Shown: positions 1-10,525, counted from the first letter of the stretch. The stretch is DNA of 64,000 bases from a bacterium (GCA_021781555.1 JAJXWQ010000007.1:529-64528); one strand, 5' to 3'. Made by a program: numbers and translations. Notes: generated from the sequence alone by a model not told the origin.

Positions 1-295
1 ACGTCAGGGACCCTCTGGGAGCTGCCAGACAGCAGCATGCGTCCGGATCCTCTGGGAGTCGAAAGCGCGGACGTGACGCCGGTCGAGGCCGTCGGGTCTG
101 AGGGCTGCGCGAGGGTGGGAGCTAGGGATCGGGTGAAGGCATCTCGAGCCTTGGACGGGGCGCGAGACAGTCAGTAGATAGCTCCAGCTGCACCTGAACC
201 GTTTGGACCGATTGGCCGAGGAATATCGAGCCATGCACGACCCTCGCCGGATCGCTCTCGACCCGCATGGCTTGCCATGCGCGGTACGAGCGGGT

Positions 296-1075
296 ATGAA
301 TTACCATCCCATGATCCTTCCAGCCCACGACAACGCCAGGCTCACCCAGATCCTCGAGCGGATCGAGCGCGACGGGCAGATCGAGCGGCTATGGGGCGTG
401 TCGGTGACGAACTCGGTCAGGGCAGGGGTCAACGATCACGGCCCCACGCACGTCAAGATCGTCGCCCACAACGCCCTCAAGATCTTCCGACTGCTGGTCG
501 CCGCCGGCGTGGTGCCGGGCGTCGTCCAGGACCACGGCCTGACCCTCAACGACGCCGAGGTCGTCGTGACCCTCGCCGGGCTGCTGCACGACGTGGGGAT
601 GACGACTCACCGCGACGGGCACGAAACCCACTCCCTCTTCCTCGTCAACGCCGCCCTGCCCGAATTCCTCGAGGGGATCTACGAGCCGGTCCAGCGGATC
701 ATCATCGTGAGCGAGGTCCTCCATGCCATCATCGGGCACAACCACTCGCAGAAGTGCCTCACTCCCGAGGCCGGGGTGGTCAAGATCGCCGATGCCCTGG
801 ATATGAGCAAGTGGCGATCGCGCAACATCATCAAGCACGGCCGGGTGTCCATCCATGCCCTCTCCGCGGCGGCCATCGACAAGGTGGCGATCGGACCGGG
901 CAAGACGGCCCCCGTCGGGGTCGAGATCACGATGAACAACAGCGCCGGCATCTTCCAGATCGACAGTCTGCTCCGCAACAAGATCCACAGCAGCGGGCTG
1001 GCAAATCACTTCGAGATCACGACCGTCGTGGCTGGCGACTCCGAGCGCCAGCACATCCAGACATTCCGGATCTGA
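296..1075 (+). CDS. HD-domain phosphohydrolase
   Basis: H...LLHDVG...H...KIADALD motifs; start placed at ATG 296 (ORF extends to 203). Confidence 0.85.
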   Translation: MNYHPMILPAHDNARLTQILERIERDGQIERLWGVSVTNSVRAGVNDHGPTHVKIVAHNALKIFRLLVAAGVVPGVVQDHGLTLNDAEVVVTLAGLLHDVGMTTHRDGHETHSLFLVNAALPEFLEGIYEPVQRIIIVSEVLHAIIGHNHSQKCLTPEAGVVKIADALDMSKWRSRNIIKHGRVSIHALSAAAIDKVAIGPGKTAPVGVEITMNNSAGIFQIDSLLRNKIHSSGLANHFEITTVVAGDSERQHIQTFRI

Positions 1076-1486
1076 TCACCCCCGATCTGGCAGGATCTGG
1101 CGCAGGACCTCTGCGACCAGCTCCGGCTGCCCGGCCCGCGGGAGATCATCGAGCGACAGGATCCCGAGGATCCGCCCGTCCTGCGTGACGCACAGACGCC
1201 GGATCTTGTACTCGACCATGGCCCGGGCGGCCTCTTCCACGGTCGCGTCCGGCGAGACGCACACCGCCTCGCCGTGCAACACCTCGGCCACCGGGCGATC
1301 GATGTTTCCCGAGGCCACGCACCGGGTGGTGATGTCCCGATCCGTGACCACCCCGAGCAACCGGTCGCCCTCGATCACCGGAATCATCCCGATGTTGCGG
1401 ACCTTCATGGTCCGCGCCACCTCGGCGATCCCGGTGGACGGGGGACACGTGATCACGTCGGGGTTCATCAGATCGCGGACTCTCAT
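1076..1486 (-). CDS. CBS domain pair protein
   Basis: MRVRDLMNPDVITC...GVVTDRDI...KIRRL...GILSLDDL; GGGAG RBS before ATG 1486. Confidence 0.9.
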   Translation of the reverse strand: MRVRDLMNPDVITCPPSTGIAEVARTMKVRNIGMIPVIEGDRLLGVVTDRDITTRCVASGNIDRPVAEVLHGEAVCVSPDATVEEAARAMVEYKIRRLCVTQDGRILGILSLDDLPRAGQPELVAEVLRQILPDRG

Positions 1487-1600
1487 CGGTAGCTCCCTCG
1501 AAAAATCACGGCTCGGACGGCTGCGCCCCGGCCACAACATGGTAACATATGTTTATCATGCTATATTAAGTACGCTTTCGCGATCTGTTAGAATGCCTGT

Positions 1601-3100
1601 ATGCTGAGGGTTTTCAATGACCTGACACGGCGCGTCGAGCCGTTTTTGCCGCAAACGCCTGGTGCGGTCAGCTTGTATGTATGCGGCGTGACCGTTTATG
1701 ACCTGTGCCATCTCGGTCATGCCAGATGTTATATAACCTGGGATGTCGTGCGGCGGTACCTCGAGTTCTCGGGCTACCGCGTCCATCACGTCCAGAACTT
1801 CACCGATGTCGACGACAAGATCCTGAACCGAGCCCGGGAGCAGGGCGAGGATCCCGTCCACCTGGCGCGCCGCTTCGAGGCGGAGTACTTCGCGGACATG
1901 GACCGCCTCGGCATCCTGCGCGCCCATTCGTATCCCCGGGCGACCGAGCACATCGGCCAGATGCTCTCCCTCGTCGATTGCCTCGTCCAGTCCGCCAACG
2001 CCTATCCCACCAGCGACGGTACGGTCTACTTCGACGTGGCCTCCTTCCCCCGGTACGGCAAGCTGTCGGGCCGGGACCTGGACGACCTGTCGCAGCGCAC
2101 GCGCCTCGACGAGCCGGACCCGTCCAAGCACAACCCGGCAGATTTTGCGCTCTGGAAGGGGGCCAAGCCGGGGGAATCCAGCTGGGACAGCCCGTGGGGC
2201 GCGGGCAGGCCCGGATGGCACCTCGAATGCTCGGCCATGGCCCTGGACCAGCTGGGCAAGACGATCGACATCCATGCGGGGGGGATGGACCTGATCTTCC
2301 CGCACCACGAGAACGAGATCGCCCAGTCCGAGGCCTGCACGCACGAGCCCTTCGTGCGCTACTGGGTCCACAACGGCTTCGTCAACGTGGACGCCGAGAA
2401 GATGAGCAAGTCGCTGGGCAACTTCTCGACCATCCGCCAGCTTCTCGATCGCTACGATCCCCAGGCCGTGCGCTATTTCCTCCTCCAGACCCATTACCGG
2501 CAAGACTGCGATTTCTCGAGCGAACCGCTCGAGGCTGCCGGCAACGCGCTCAAGCGCCTCCAGCGCTCCCTGGCGGACCGCCAGGCAGCCCTCGCGGCTC
2601 CCACGGTCGCCATCACCGAGCAGATCGAGCAGCTGGCCCGGGCTTTCACGGAGGCCATGGACGACGACTTCAACACCCCGCGGGCTGTGGCCTCGCTCTG
2701 GGAAGCCCGGGCTCGCCTCGGAGATCTCGAAGGCGCCGATCGCGCTGCAGCAGGACACGTGGTGGCGCGGATCCGCGAGTTCGGCGCGGTGCTGGGACTG
2801 GACCTCGCGGCCAAGGCGGCGGCTGAAGGCGATCGTCTGGCGGCGGTTCTCGACATCGCAGATCAGCTTCGCGAGATCGCAGCCCGGTACGAGGACGACG
2901 ACCTCGCAGAGGCCCGCCAAGCCAGTGCCTCGCAGCTGATCGAGGCCCTGTTGACTCGTCGCACGCGCGCCAAGAAGGCCCGAGATTTTGCGACGGCCGA
3001 CGGCATCCGTGCCATGCTCTCCGAGCTGGGCATCACCCTGGCGGACCAGCCGGGCGGCGTGACGCGGTGGGAGCTCGCGGGCGGAGCCGCGCCTCGTTGA
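1601..3100 (+). CDS. cysS: Cysteine--tRNA ligase
   Basis: YVCGVTVYDLCHLGHAR (HIGH), GRPGWHLEC, KMSKS. Confidence 0.97.
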   Translation: MLRVFNDLTRRVEPFLPQTPGAVSLYVCGVTVYDLCHLGHARCYITWDVVRRYLEFSGYRVHHVQNFTDVDDKILNRAREQGEDPVHLARRFEAEYFADMDRLGILRAHSYPRATEHIGQMLSLVDCLVQSANAYPTSDGTVYFDVASFPRYGKLSGRDLDDLSQRTRLDEPDPSKHNPADFALWKGAKPGESSWDSPWGAGRPGWHLECSAMALDQLGKTIDIHAGGMDLIFPHHENEIAQSEACTHEPFVRYWVHNGFVNVDAEKMSKSLGNFSTIRQLLDRYDPQAVRYFLLQTHYRQDCDFSSEPLEAAGNALKRLQRSLADRQAALAAPTVAITEQIEQLARAFTEAMDDDFNTPRAVASLWEARARLGDLEGADRAAAGHVVARIREFGAVLGLDLAAKAAAEGDRLAAVLDIADQLREIAARYEDDDLAEARQASASQLIEALLTRRTRAKKARDFATADGIRAMLSELGITLADQPGGVTRWELAGGAAPR

Positions 3101-3558
3101 GCACGGACCTCGATCCCGATCGCCTTCACCCCCGGGAGCTGGCCTACCTCGGCGATGCCGTCTTCGAGCTGCATGTCCGAGAGCAGCTCTTGGGCACCAA
3201 GCTGAGACCCAGCGATCGCCATCGTATGGCGGTGGCCCGGGTTAGGGCCGAGGCGCAGGCCGCCGCCCTGGCTGCGGTGGAACCCGCCTTGAGCGAATCC
3301 GAGCGCGACCTCGTGCGAAGGGCGCGCAATCTCAAGGTTTCCACGCCCAGGTCGGTCGACCAGGATACCTACCGCCTGGCCACGGCCCTGGAGGCCCTCG
3401 TCGGCTATCTGCACGCCTCCGGGCGCACCGAACGCCTGGCTCAGATCTTCGCGCTCGCAGACTGCGCCGCGCCAGCCGGCCCCGACCCGGGCCAGCAGCC
3501 AGATCGCCAGGCAGGCCGCCAGCCGGAGCCCGGAATCGACGGAGCACAGCGGACATGA
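3097..3558 (+). CDS. mrnC: Mini-ribonuclease III
   Basis: LAYLGDAVFEL, YRLATALEALVGYL; TTG start overlaps cysS stop; cysS-mrnC-rlmB order. Confidence 0.9.
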   Translation: MSTDLDPDRLHPRELAYLGDAVFELHVREQLLGTKLRPSDRHRMAVARVRAEAQAAALAAVEPALSESERDLVRRARNLKVSTPRSVDQDTYRLATALEALVGYLHASGRTERLAQIFALADCAAPAGPDPGQQPDRQAGRQPEPGIDGAQRT

Positions 3559-3592
3559 ACGAGCCTCGGAAGCACGGGAGCGAACAGCAACA

Positions 3593-4657
3593 ATGAAGAA
3601 CTCAGGCAGCGGACGACCCTCACGGGATGGTCAAGGCAAGCGCAAGCGCCAGACCGGACCCGAATCTTCCAAGCGAGCTTCCTGGCCTGGCGAGGGGCCT
3701 GCCCGGCGGACATCCCGACCCGGTGACGGGCCAGCCCGAAGGACGTCGCGGCCTGGCGAGGGGCGCAAAGAGGGGCCCGGCCAAGAGAAAGCCTTCGATC
3801 GCGCCCCGGCGCGGCGGCCCGGCCGGCCGGAGCGTCCGGCAGAGCCGGCGCCCCGGCCGCGGCACGCTCCATCCGTCCCACCAGCGCCCGCGGCCGCAGC
3901 CGTGGAGCCCGAAGGCGAGCGGGAACTCCTGTGGGGCCGGCACGCGGTGGTGGAGGCCCTCAAGGGCGATCGCCCCGTCAACAAGATCTGGATGCTGAGG
4001 GGCCTGGAAGAAGCGCGCACGGTCGCCACGGTACGACGGCTGGCCCGCGAGAAAGGTGCCGTCGTACAGGAGGTGGATCGGGCGAAGCTCGATGCGCTGG
4101 CCGCTGGCCCTCATCAGGGCCTGGTCGCCGCCATGGCGGCTGCGACCTATGCGGACTTCGACCAGGTGCTCGTCGCGAGCCGGGCCGCCGAACGCCCGCT
4201 CTTGCTCGTGCTCGACGGCATCGAGGATCCCCACAACCTCGGAGCCCTGGTGCGAACGGCCGGCGCGTCCGGCGCCCAGGGTGTCGTCATTCCGCTGCGA
4301 CGTGCCGTCGGATTGACCGGCGTCGTGGCCAAGGCAGCGGCAGGCGCACTCGAGCACGTTCCCGTTACCCGGGTAGCCAATCTGGTCCGGGCGATCGGGC
4401 AGCTCAAGGAAGCCGGAATCTGGGTGGTCGGGGCGGACGAGCACGCCGAGGGCGTGGCCTACGATGCCGATCTCACCGGCCCGGTCGCCCTGGTGATCGG
4501 TGCCGAGGGCCAGGGTCTTTCCCGGCTGGTACGCGAATCATGCGACCTCCTGGTGCGCTTTCCGATGCAGGGCCAGGTCCCGAGCCTGAATGCCTCGGTC
4601 GCCGGCGGCTTGCTGCTGTTCGAGGCGGTCCGCCAGCGCCAGGTTTCCCGCTCCTGA
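3593..4657 (+). CDS. rlmB: 23S rRNA Gm2251 methyltransferase (SpoU family) with Arg/Pro-rich N-terminal extension
   Basis: LWGRHAV, HQG, LDGIEDPHNLGA, GAEGQG, SLNASVA. Confidence 0.95.
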   Translation: MKNSGSGRPSRDGQGKRKRQTGPESSKRASWPGEGPARRTSRPGDGPARRTSRPGEGRKEGPGQEKAFDRAPARRPGRPERPAEPAPRPRHAPSVPPAPAAAAVEPEGERELLWGRHAVVEALKGDRPVNKIWMLRGLEEARTVATVRRLAREKGAVVQEVDRAKLDALAAGPHQGLVAAMAAATYADFDQVLVASRAAERPLLLVLDGIEDPHNLGALVRTAGASGAQGVVIPLRRAVGLTGVVAKAAAGALEHVPVTRVANLVRAIGQLKEAGIWVVGADEHAEGVAYDADLTGPVALVIGAEGQGLSRLVRESCDLLVRFPMQGQVPSLNASVAGGLLLFEAVRQRQVSRS

Positions 4658-4852
4658 TCTGCGTCCACGCGGCCGGGTTGGAGCGTGAAACCGTGTCGTC
4701 GTGGTAACGGCTTGTTACGGAATCGCGCAAACCGGGCATCATGTATTATTCCCGCTTGCATGGGCTCCCCGTGCATCACGGAACCCCAGCAGGATCGCGG
4801 CAGTCTTCCCGATACATAGTTACAGGAGACGTTCAGGCAAGGTCGGCTCGAT

Positions 4853-6193
4853 ATGTCCATCACGGTCAACATAGCGAAGGACAAGCTCAGCGCGACAGTG
4901 CTCCTGACGGACGCCGAGGGGGTCACGGCTCTGGCGATCCGGCAGGCTCTCCAGGCGCGCGGCGTCACCTACGGCTACCTCGAGGACATCATCGAGCGGG
5001 TCGCAACCGCCTCGGCTGCTGGCGAATACGAGGTCGCAGTCGGGGATGCGCCCGTCCAGGGCTCGGACGCTTCGATCGAGTACTTCTTCCGCACCGGCAA
5101 GCCCAATCTGTCCCCGCAGATCCTCGACGACGGGCGCACCGACTACTTCAACCTCGGAGTGGTGCAGAACGTACAACCCGGCGACGTCCTGGCCCGCAAG
5201 ACCCCCGCCGTCCCGGGGATACCAGGCAAGTCGGTTACGGGGGACGACCTGCCGCCCCGGGTGGTCAAGGAGATCAACTTCCGGATCGGGCGCGGGGTCG
5301 AGCTTTCCCCCGACGCTCTCGAGGTGCGCGCCACCGACACCGGCCAGCCGCTCATGACCCGCGGGATCCTCTCGGTCTCGTCGACCTTCGTCGTGTCGGG
5401 AGACGTCGATTTCTCCGTGGGTAATGTCTTTTTCGAGGGCAATGTCGAGGTCCAGGGTACGGTCAGGACCCACTTCAACGTCCGCGCCAAGGGCAATATC
5501 ACCGTGCACGGGGCGGTCGAAGGCGGCATCCTCGAGGCCACGGGCTTCATCATGGTGGTCGGGGGCGTCCGTCAGCGCGCGGCCTTGCGAGCCGAGGGCG
5601 ACATCCAGGTTCGGTTCATGGAGAATTCGATCGCTCGCACGCCTGGCAACCTCTTCGTAAAGGACGACCTCTTGTTCAGCGAGGTCGACGTGGGGGGCAA
5701 GGTCGAGGTCACCGGATCGCTCGTCGGGGGGACCTGCAAGGCGGATGTAGAGGTGAAGGCCGACTGCATCGGCAGCAAGATGGGTACCCCCACACGGGTC
5801 GAACTCAACCCCCTCGAGAAGTGGCTGGAGGTGCTGCACGGCTTCCAGACCCGTCAGGCCGAGGTCAAGGGCAACGTCACGCGAATCGAAGAGGGGCTGA
5901 GCACCCTCGGCACGGCGAGAGAACGTTTCCACGGCCTGCACCCGGACAAGGACGCGCTCTACGATCGTTTGAGCCAGGCCTTGCAGGGATTGCAGCAGGA
6001 ATCCATCGAGCTTGCCGCCAAGGTCATGCAGGCCAAGGCCAAGGTCGAGTCGCTGCCCGAGCCCAAGATCATCGTGCGCGACCGGATCCACCCCGGGGTG
6101 CAGATTCGCCTCAACGAGGCTCGCCTCAACAACGAAGGCGAGCTCCTGGCCCGGGAGCTTTCCGAGAGCTCCGGCAAGATCAGGTTGCAGTAG
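4853..6193 (+). CDS. FapA / DUF342 flagellar assembly family protein
   Basis: G.PGKSVTG, GDVDFSVGNVFFEGNVEVQGTV beta-helix, coiled coil, IHPGVQI; AGGAG upstream. Confidence 0.85.
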   Translation: MSITVNIAKDKLSATVLLTDAEGVTALAIRQALQARGVTYGYLEDIIERVATASAAGEYEVAVGDAPVQGSDASIEYFFRTGKPNLSPQILDDGRTDYFNLGVVQNVQPGDVLARKTPAVPGIPGKSVTGDDLPPRVVKEINFRIGRGVELSPDALEVRATDTGQPLMTRGILSVSSTFVVSGDVDFSVGNVFFEGNVEVQGTVRTHFNVRAKGNITVHGAVEGGILEATGFIMVVGGVRQRAALRAEGDIQVRFMENSIARTPGNLFVKDDLLFSEVDVGGKVEVTGSLVGGTCKADVEVKADCIGSKMGTPTRVELNPLEKWLEVLHGFQTRQAEVKGNVTRIEEGLSTLGTARERFHGLHPDKDALYDRLSQALQGLQQESIELAAKVMQAKAKVESLPEPKIIVRDRIHPGVQIRLNEARLNNEGELLARELSESSGKIRLQ

Positions 6194-6194
6194 G

Positions 6195-6299
6195 GTAGCT
6201 TCTGCAGTTTGCACGCGTCCCTCTGGGCGGGCGCCGCCCTGCACAACCGGGCCCCTTTCACTCTTCAAGCCCGATCGTTTCGAGTCGAAACCGCTCTAG
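6195..6299 (-). repeat. Degenerate copy of CTAG-bounded ~105-bp MITE-like repeat
   Basis: Reverse complement CTAGAGCGGTTTCGACTCGAAACGATCGGGCTTGAAGAGTGAAAGGGGCCCGGTTGTGCAG...CAGAGGGACGCGTGCAAACTGCAGAAG aligns to the 55927 copy. Confidence 0.75.
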
Positions 6300-6345
6300 C
6301 TGCGCGTCTCCGTGGTAGGATTCCCGCAGAAAGGGAACCTCGACC

Positions 6346-8976
6346 ATGTGGAAGGACCGCCGCCTGCTCCTGGCTGGCACCGTTACCGTTGTAGCCATCG
6401 CCGGAGCTGCCTTTGCCGTCGCCCGCCCCCAGTTCTCGAAGCCCCTCCGGTCGACCGCAGGCAATGTCGCCCCCGTCACCGCGGGCGAATCAACCGGAGG
6501 CCCGGCACTCCACCTCGTCGCATACTCTGGCCCCGAGGCCCCGAACGAACTCGGAATGGTGCCGGTCCTCGAATACCACGACGTAGGCCCCACCGAGGGG
6601 CGCTGGCAGCGGAGCATCGCCAACTTCAAGGGCGACCTCCAGTGGCTCTATGACAACGACTACGTCCCGACGACCACCGCCGACATGATCGCAGGGTTCC
6701 CCGACGTCCCGGCGGGCAAGAAGCCCGTGGTCATAACTTTCGACGACGCTCGCAAGAGCCAGTTCGTCGCGGCAGGCATCGGGCCCGATGGCGAGGCGAT
6801 TCCCACTCCCGACTGTGCGGTCGGGATCATGATGAATTTCGCCAAGACGCACCCGGGCTTCGGTCCCCACGCCAGCTTCTACCTGCTGCCCTCCTTCTTC
6901 GAACAGGACCAGTACGCCGCGGCCAAGCTCAAGTTCCTCGAGCACCACGGCTTTGAACTGGGCAACCACACCTGGTCCCACATGCAGATCGGAAAGGCCT
7001 CTCCCCTGCGCATCCGCAGCGAACTGTCGCGTTTGCAGGCCGCCGTGCAAAAGGAACTGGGCCAGCCTGATTTCCGCACCCTCACCCTGGCTCTGCCTGA
7101 CGGCATCACGCCCAAGTCGCCGGCGCAGATTGCCGCGGCGGTCGGCGGCGGCAAGGCGCCGTATCACATCGAAGCCATGCTGCTGGTGGGCGCCAATCCA
7201 GCCCTTTCCCCCTTCGACAAGCACTTCGCCCCCCTCAAGGTCGCGCGCATCCAGGCGATCGACTCGCAGTGGAAGCTGTGGTTCGGCCGTACGCCCGGGC
7301 ACGTGGGGATCGACCACGAGTCCTTCCACCCGTACGTGAGCGACGGGAACCCGGCGACGATCACCTTCCCCGAGAAGTACGCCGACCGCCTGAACCCGGC
7401 ACTCTCTGGCAAGTACAAGATCCAGGCTTACAAGCCCGGCCAAGCGCCGCTGGTCGCCGTCGCCGGCACGGCCAGCTTGAGCCCCGCCCAGCAACAAGCC
7501 GCAGCCAGCCCCCCGAGCGCCGCCCCGGCCGTCCAGGCAACGGCCAGCGCGAAGCCTGCCGACGCGCAGGCGTCGGGCTCCACCAGCGCCTCCGCGTCTG
7601 TGGCCGCGGCCGGAGTCACGACGATCCCGGGTTTCAGCGCACCGCTGCCGCCGGGTGGCATCTACAAGAACGGCCACATCTACCACAAGGTCAAACCGGG
7701 CCAGGATCTCGACGCCCTGCTTGACCGCTACTTGCCCTTCACGATGGCCTACACCACGCACGACCTGCGCCTGGCCGTGATGAAGGTCAACCACCTCAAG
7801 CATCCGTGGGTCAACCCCGGTCAGACCATCGAGATTCCCGAAGCCCTGTCGGCCCCGCTCCATGCCACGCCGGACGGGTGGCCGGCCACGAAGCCGGTCA
7901 TGGGCATCTACTGCACCTCCACGACCGCCGGGATGGATCGGATCTTCGAGCTGGCGCGCCAGATCCAGGCGGTCGGAGGCAACTCGGTGGTCTTTGACGC
8001 CAAGGACGGTCCCGTCTCGTTCCTGCCTTCCGATCCCAAGGTGCGCGCCATGAGCGAGTGGGATCACACCATCGTCGACCTGCCCAAGCTGGTCTACCTC
8101 CTGCACAAGATGGGAATCCACGTCATCGCCCGCCAGGTACTCTTTCACGATCCGGTTCTGGCCACGCGGCGCCATGACCTCGACGTCCACCGCAAGAGCG
8201 ACCCGAGCGCCGTCTGGCTCGAGCACGGCAAGCTCGACTGGGTCGATGCCAACCAGCCCGAGGTTCAGGAGTACAACCTGCGCCTGGCCAAGGAACTCGC
8301 CGAGAGCGGAGTCGACGAGATCCAGTTCGATTACGTCCGGTTCCCGGCACAGGGCGACACCAAGGACTGCAAGTTCAGCTTCAATCCCAACGTCGAGCCC
8401 AAGTGGCAGGTCCTCGCGAGCTTCCTCAAGCGCGCACACGACGAACTCAAGCCCTACCACGTGCTTCTGGGGATCGACGTCTACGGCGTGATGGCCTGGA
8501 ACAAGATGGTCGACCAGGATGTCACCGGCCAGCGCATCCAGGCTCTGGCAAAGTACGTGGACGTCATCAGCCCGATGCTCTACCCCTCGCACTTCTACGG
8601 CCCGTTCGACGGCTACTCCCATCCGGGCGATCATCCGTACTACTTCGTGAGCCAGGGCGTCGCCCGGGTCCTGTTCGACACCAATCCTTTGCCGGTGGTG
8701 GTCAGACCCTGGGTCCAGGCCTTCGAGTACCTTTCGCCCAACTTCTCTCCCCGGTACGTCGAGCGGGAGTTGCAAGCGGCTCGCGATGCCCACGGAGTCG
8801 GCTGGCTCCTGTGGAACGCAGGCAACAAGTACGACATCGCCACGTCGGGTGTCGCCCGCTGGAACCGGGACCAGTCCCGCATTCCGCCGGTCGCGGTCCG
8901 TATCAAGGGCCTGGAGCCGCCCGCCAAGCACGTTGCGGCCAAGCCTCCAACCAAGACGGCGAGCGCTCGCCGCTGA
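6346..8976 (+). CDS. Secreted polysaccharide deacetylase + LysM-like + putative glycoside hydrolase (DUF4015-like) fusion
   Basis: Signal peptide; VITFDD and GNHTWSH (NodB/CE4); YHKVKPGQ...VNPGQTIEIP; DEIQFDYVRFP, SPMLYPSH, RPWVQAF. Confidence 0.85.
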   Translation: MWKDRRLLLAGTVTVVAIAGAAFAVARPQFSKPLRSTAGNVAPVTAGESTGGPALHLVAYSGPEAPNELGMVPVLEYHDVGPTEGRWQRSIANFKGDLQWLYDNDYVPTTTADMIAGFPDVPAGKKPVVITFDDARKSQFVAAGIGPDGEAIPTPDCAVGIMMNFAKTHPGFGPHASFYLLPSFFEQDQYAAAKLKFLEHHGFELGNHTWSHMQIGKASPLRIRSELSRLQAAVQKELGQPDFRTLTLALPDGITPKSPAQIAAAVGGGKAPYHIEAMLLVGANPALSPFDKHFAPLKVARIQAIDSQWKLWFGRTPGHVGIDHESFHPYVSDGNPATITFPEKYADRLNPALSGKYKIQAYKPGQAPLVAVAGTASLSPAQQQAAASPPSAAPAVQATASAKPADAQASGSTSASASVAAAGVTTIPGFSAPLPPGGIYKNGHIYHKVKPGQDLDALLDRYLPFTMAYTTHDLRLAVMKVNHLKHPWVNPGQTIEIPEALSAPLHATPDGWPATKPVMGIYCTSTTAGMDRIFELARQIQAVGGNSVVFDAKDGPVSFLPSDPKVRAMSEWDHTIVDLPKLVYLLHKMGIHVIARQVLFHDPVLATRRHDLDVHRKSDPSAVWLEHGKLDWVDANQPEVQEYNLRLAKELAESGVDEIQFDYVRFPAQGDTKDCKFSFNPNVEPKWQVLASFLKRAHDELKPYHVLLGIDVYGVMAWNKMVDQDVTGQRIQALAKYVDVISPMLYPSHFYGPFDGYSHPGDHPYYFVSQGVARVLFDTNPLPVVVRPWVQAFEYLSPNFSPRYVERELQAARDAHGVGWLLWNAGNKYDIATSGVARWNRDQSRIPPVAVRIKGLEPPAKHVAAKPPTKTASARR

Positions 8977-9055
8977 CCCGTACGTGGATGCGCCCGGCCA
9001 GCCGGGCGCTTCCACGTAAACCTCACGCCAGGACTTGCCGCGGGCTGGCCACCGG

Positions 9056-10438
9056 ATGAACGGTCGCTCGGTCTGCGGGTATGATTCCGGGCAGGAGGAA
9101 GGCACGCTGTCACCCGACGTACTGGTCAAGCGTGAGGTTCGCTGCCCGCTATGCGGCAAGGACTTCCGCCACTGGTCGCCCAGGAGCGGCACCTATAGCC
9201 TGATCCGGCGTGACAGCGATTTCTGCCCTCACTACCATGGCACCAATCCCACGCTCTACCAGGTCTACGTCTGCCCCGGCTGCAACTTCGCAGCCTATCG
9301 CCCGGATTTCAGCAACCTCGAGGAGAGCTCGCGCGCTGCCATTGTCTCGGCGCTGGGTCGGGTCAGGCACGAAGGAGCGGTCGATTTCTCGCAGCCAGAG
9401 CGCTCGCTCTTCGCGGCCTTGCGGAGCTTCGAACTCGCGCGGATCTCGGCCGAGGCGCGCAGGTCTCCGCCCGAGGTCCAGGCCAGTCTGATCCACCGTG
9501 CCGCCTGGATTTGCCGTTACGCCGAGGAGTTGGGGCGCGAGGTGCGCTACCTGGGTAGGGCCCGCGATCTTTACCAGGCTGCCTTCGATCGCGGCGTGGC
9601 CAGAGAGCGCCAAACCAACGATCTCGCGGTCGCATATCTGGTGGGCGAGCTCATGCTAAGGACCGGCAGAATTCCGGAGGCGCAGCCCTATCTCCTCCTG
9701 GTAGCCAACGCGAGCGACGCCAAGGCGTCGCTGGTGCGCTCGGCCAAAGACCGGTTGTACGATTCCAAGCAGGCGGCTCAGATCCAGCGCCTCCTGGAGA
9801 CCATCACCCTCTTCCACCCGATCGCCCACCTGGTCGGTCTGATCGCCGCGCACAGCGAGCGTAGATCGATCGGCCCGGGGGGAATCTTGTGTCGCAAGGG
9901 CGAACCCGGGCTCTCGATGTTCGTCGTGGCGGCCGGCGAGGCGGAGGTCTATCTCGGCGATCCGGCCGACTCGGATCCGGTCGCCATCGTGGGCCCAGGC
10001 GAGACCCTGGGCGAGATGAGCTTGTTCCTCGCGGCACCGCGGTCGGCGACGATTTTGGCTCGACCTGCCCGCACGGGACCCATGGCGGTAGCCCTCGAGA
10101 TCATCGAGATTCCCAGGACCGCCTTCCGCAATCTACTCAAGCTCGACGCCGGGGTCGTGGCGGCGATCTCCGAGACGATCGCCCGGCGCCAGCGCGAGAA
10201 CGCCCACTGGCTCGAGGAGCTCGAAATGGCGGCCGACACCCACGGCCAGCTGGAGATCCCGCTGCCCGTCTCGCAGTCTCCCGGCGGCTTGCAGTCGCTC
10301 ATCTTGCCCAAGGTCCGGCGATTCTTCGGCTTGGGCGCGGATCACGAGGCTGCCGAGGCCGTGGCCGACCAGGGGTTGGATGGGGCGGATCCACCATCGC
10401 TCGCGCCCGGCCCGGACGCCGAGGAGCTCGCAACCTGA
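9056..10438 (+). CDS. DUF2225 (Zn-ribbon/TPR) + cyclic-nucleotide-binding domain protein
   Basis: CPLC, RDSDFCPHY, CPGCNFAA, YLVGEL; C-terminal GEPG.SMFVV, GEMSLFLAAPRSAT; start uncertain. Confidence 0.8.
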   Translation: MNGRSVCGYDSGQEEGTLSPDVLVKREVRCPLCGKDFRHWSPRSGTYSLIRRDSDFCPHYHGTNPTLYQVYVCPGCNFAAYRPDFSNLEESSRAAIVSALGRVRHEGAVDFSQPERSLFAALRSFELARISAEARRSPPEVQASLIHRAAWICRYAEELGREVRYLGRARDLYQAAFDRGVARERQTNDLAVAYLVGELMLRTGRIPEAQPYLLLVANASDAKASLVRSAKDRLYDSKQAAQIQRLLETITLFHPIAHLVGLIAAHSERRSIGPGGILCRKGEPGLSMFVVAAGEAEVYLGDPADSDPVAIVGPGETLGEMSLFLAAPRSATILARPARTGPMAVALEIIEIPRTAFRNLLKLDAGVVAAISETIARRQRENAHWLEELEMAADTHGQLEIPLPVSQSPGGLQSLILPKVRRFFGLGADHEAAEAVADQGLDGADPPSLAPGPDAEELAT

Positions 10439-10525
10439 GCCCTCGGGCTCCGAGGTCGAGAGGGCTCTTGACCTTCTCCTCTCTCAACGGATTCGACGGG
10501 CCTCACCTCTGATACGCTCAGCGCC

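Noticed and set aside
6490..9192. Long antisense ORFs (also 22842-25730, 44238-46541, 61503-63629)
   Set aside because: Shadow frames of real high-GC genes on the opposite strand.
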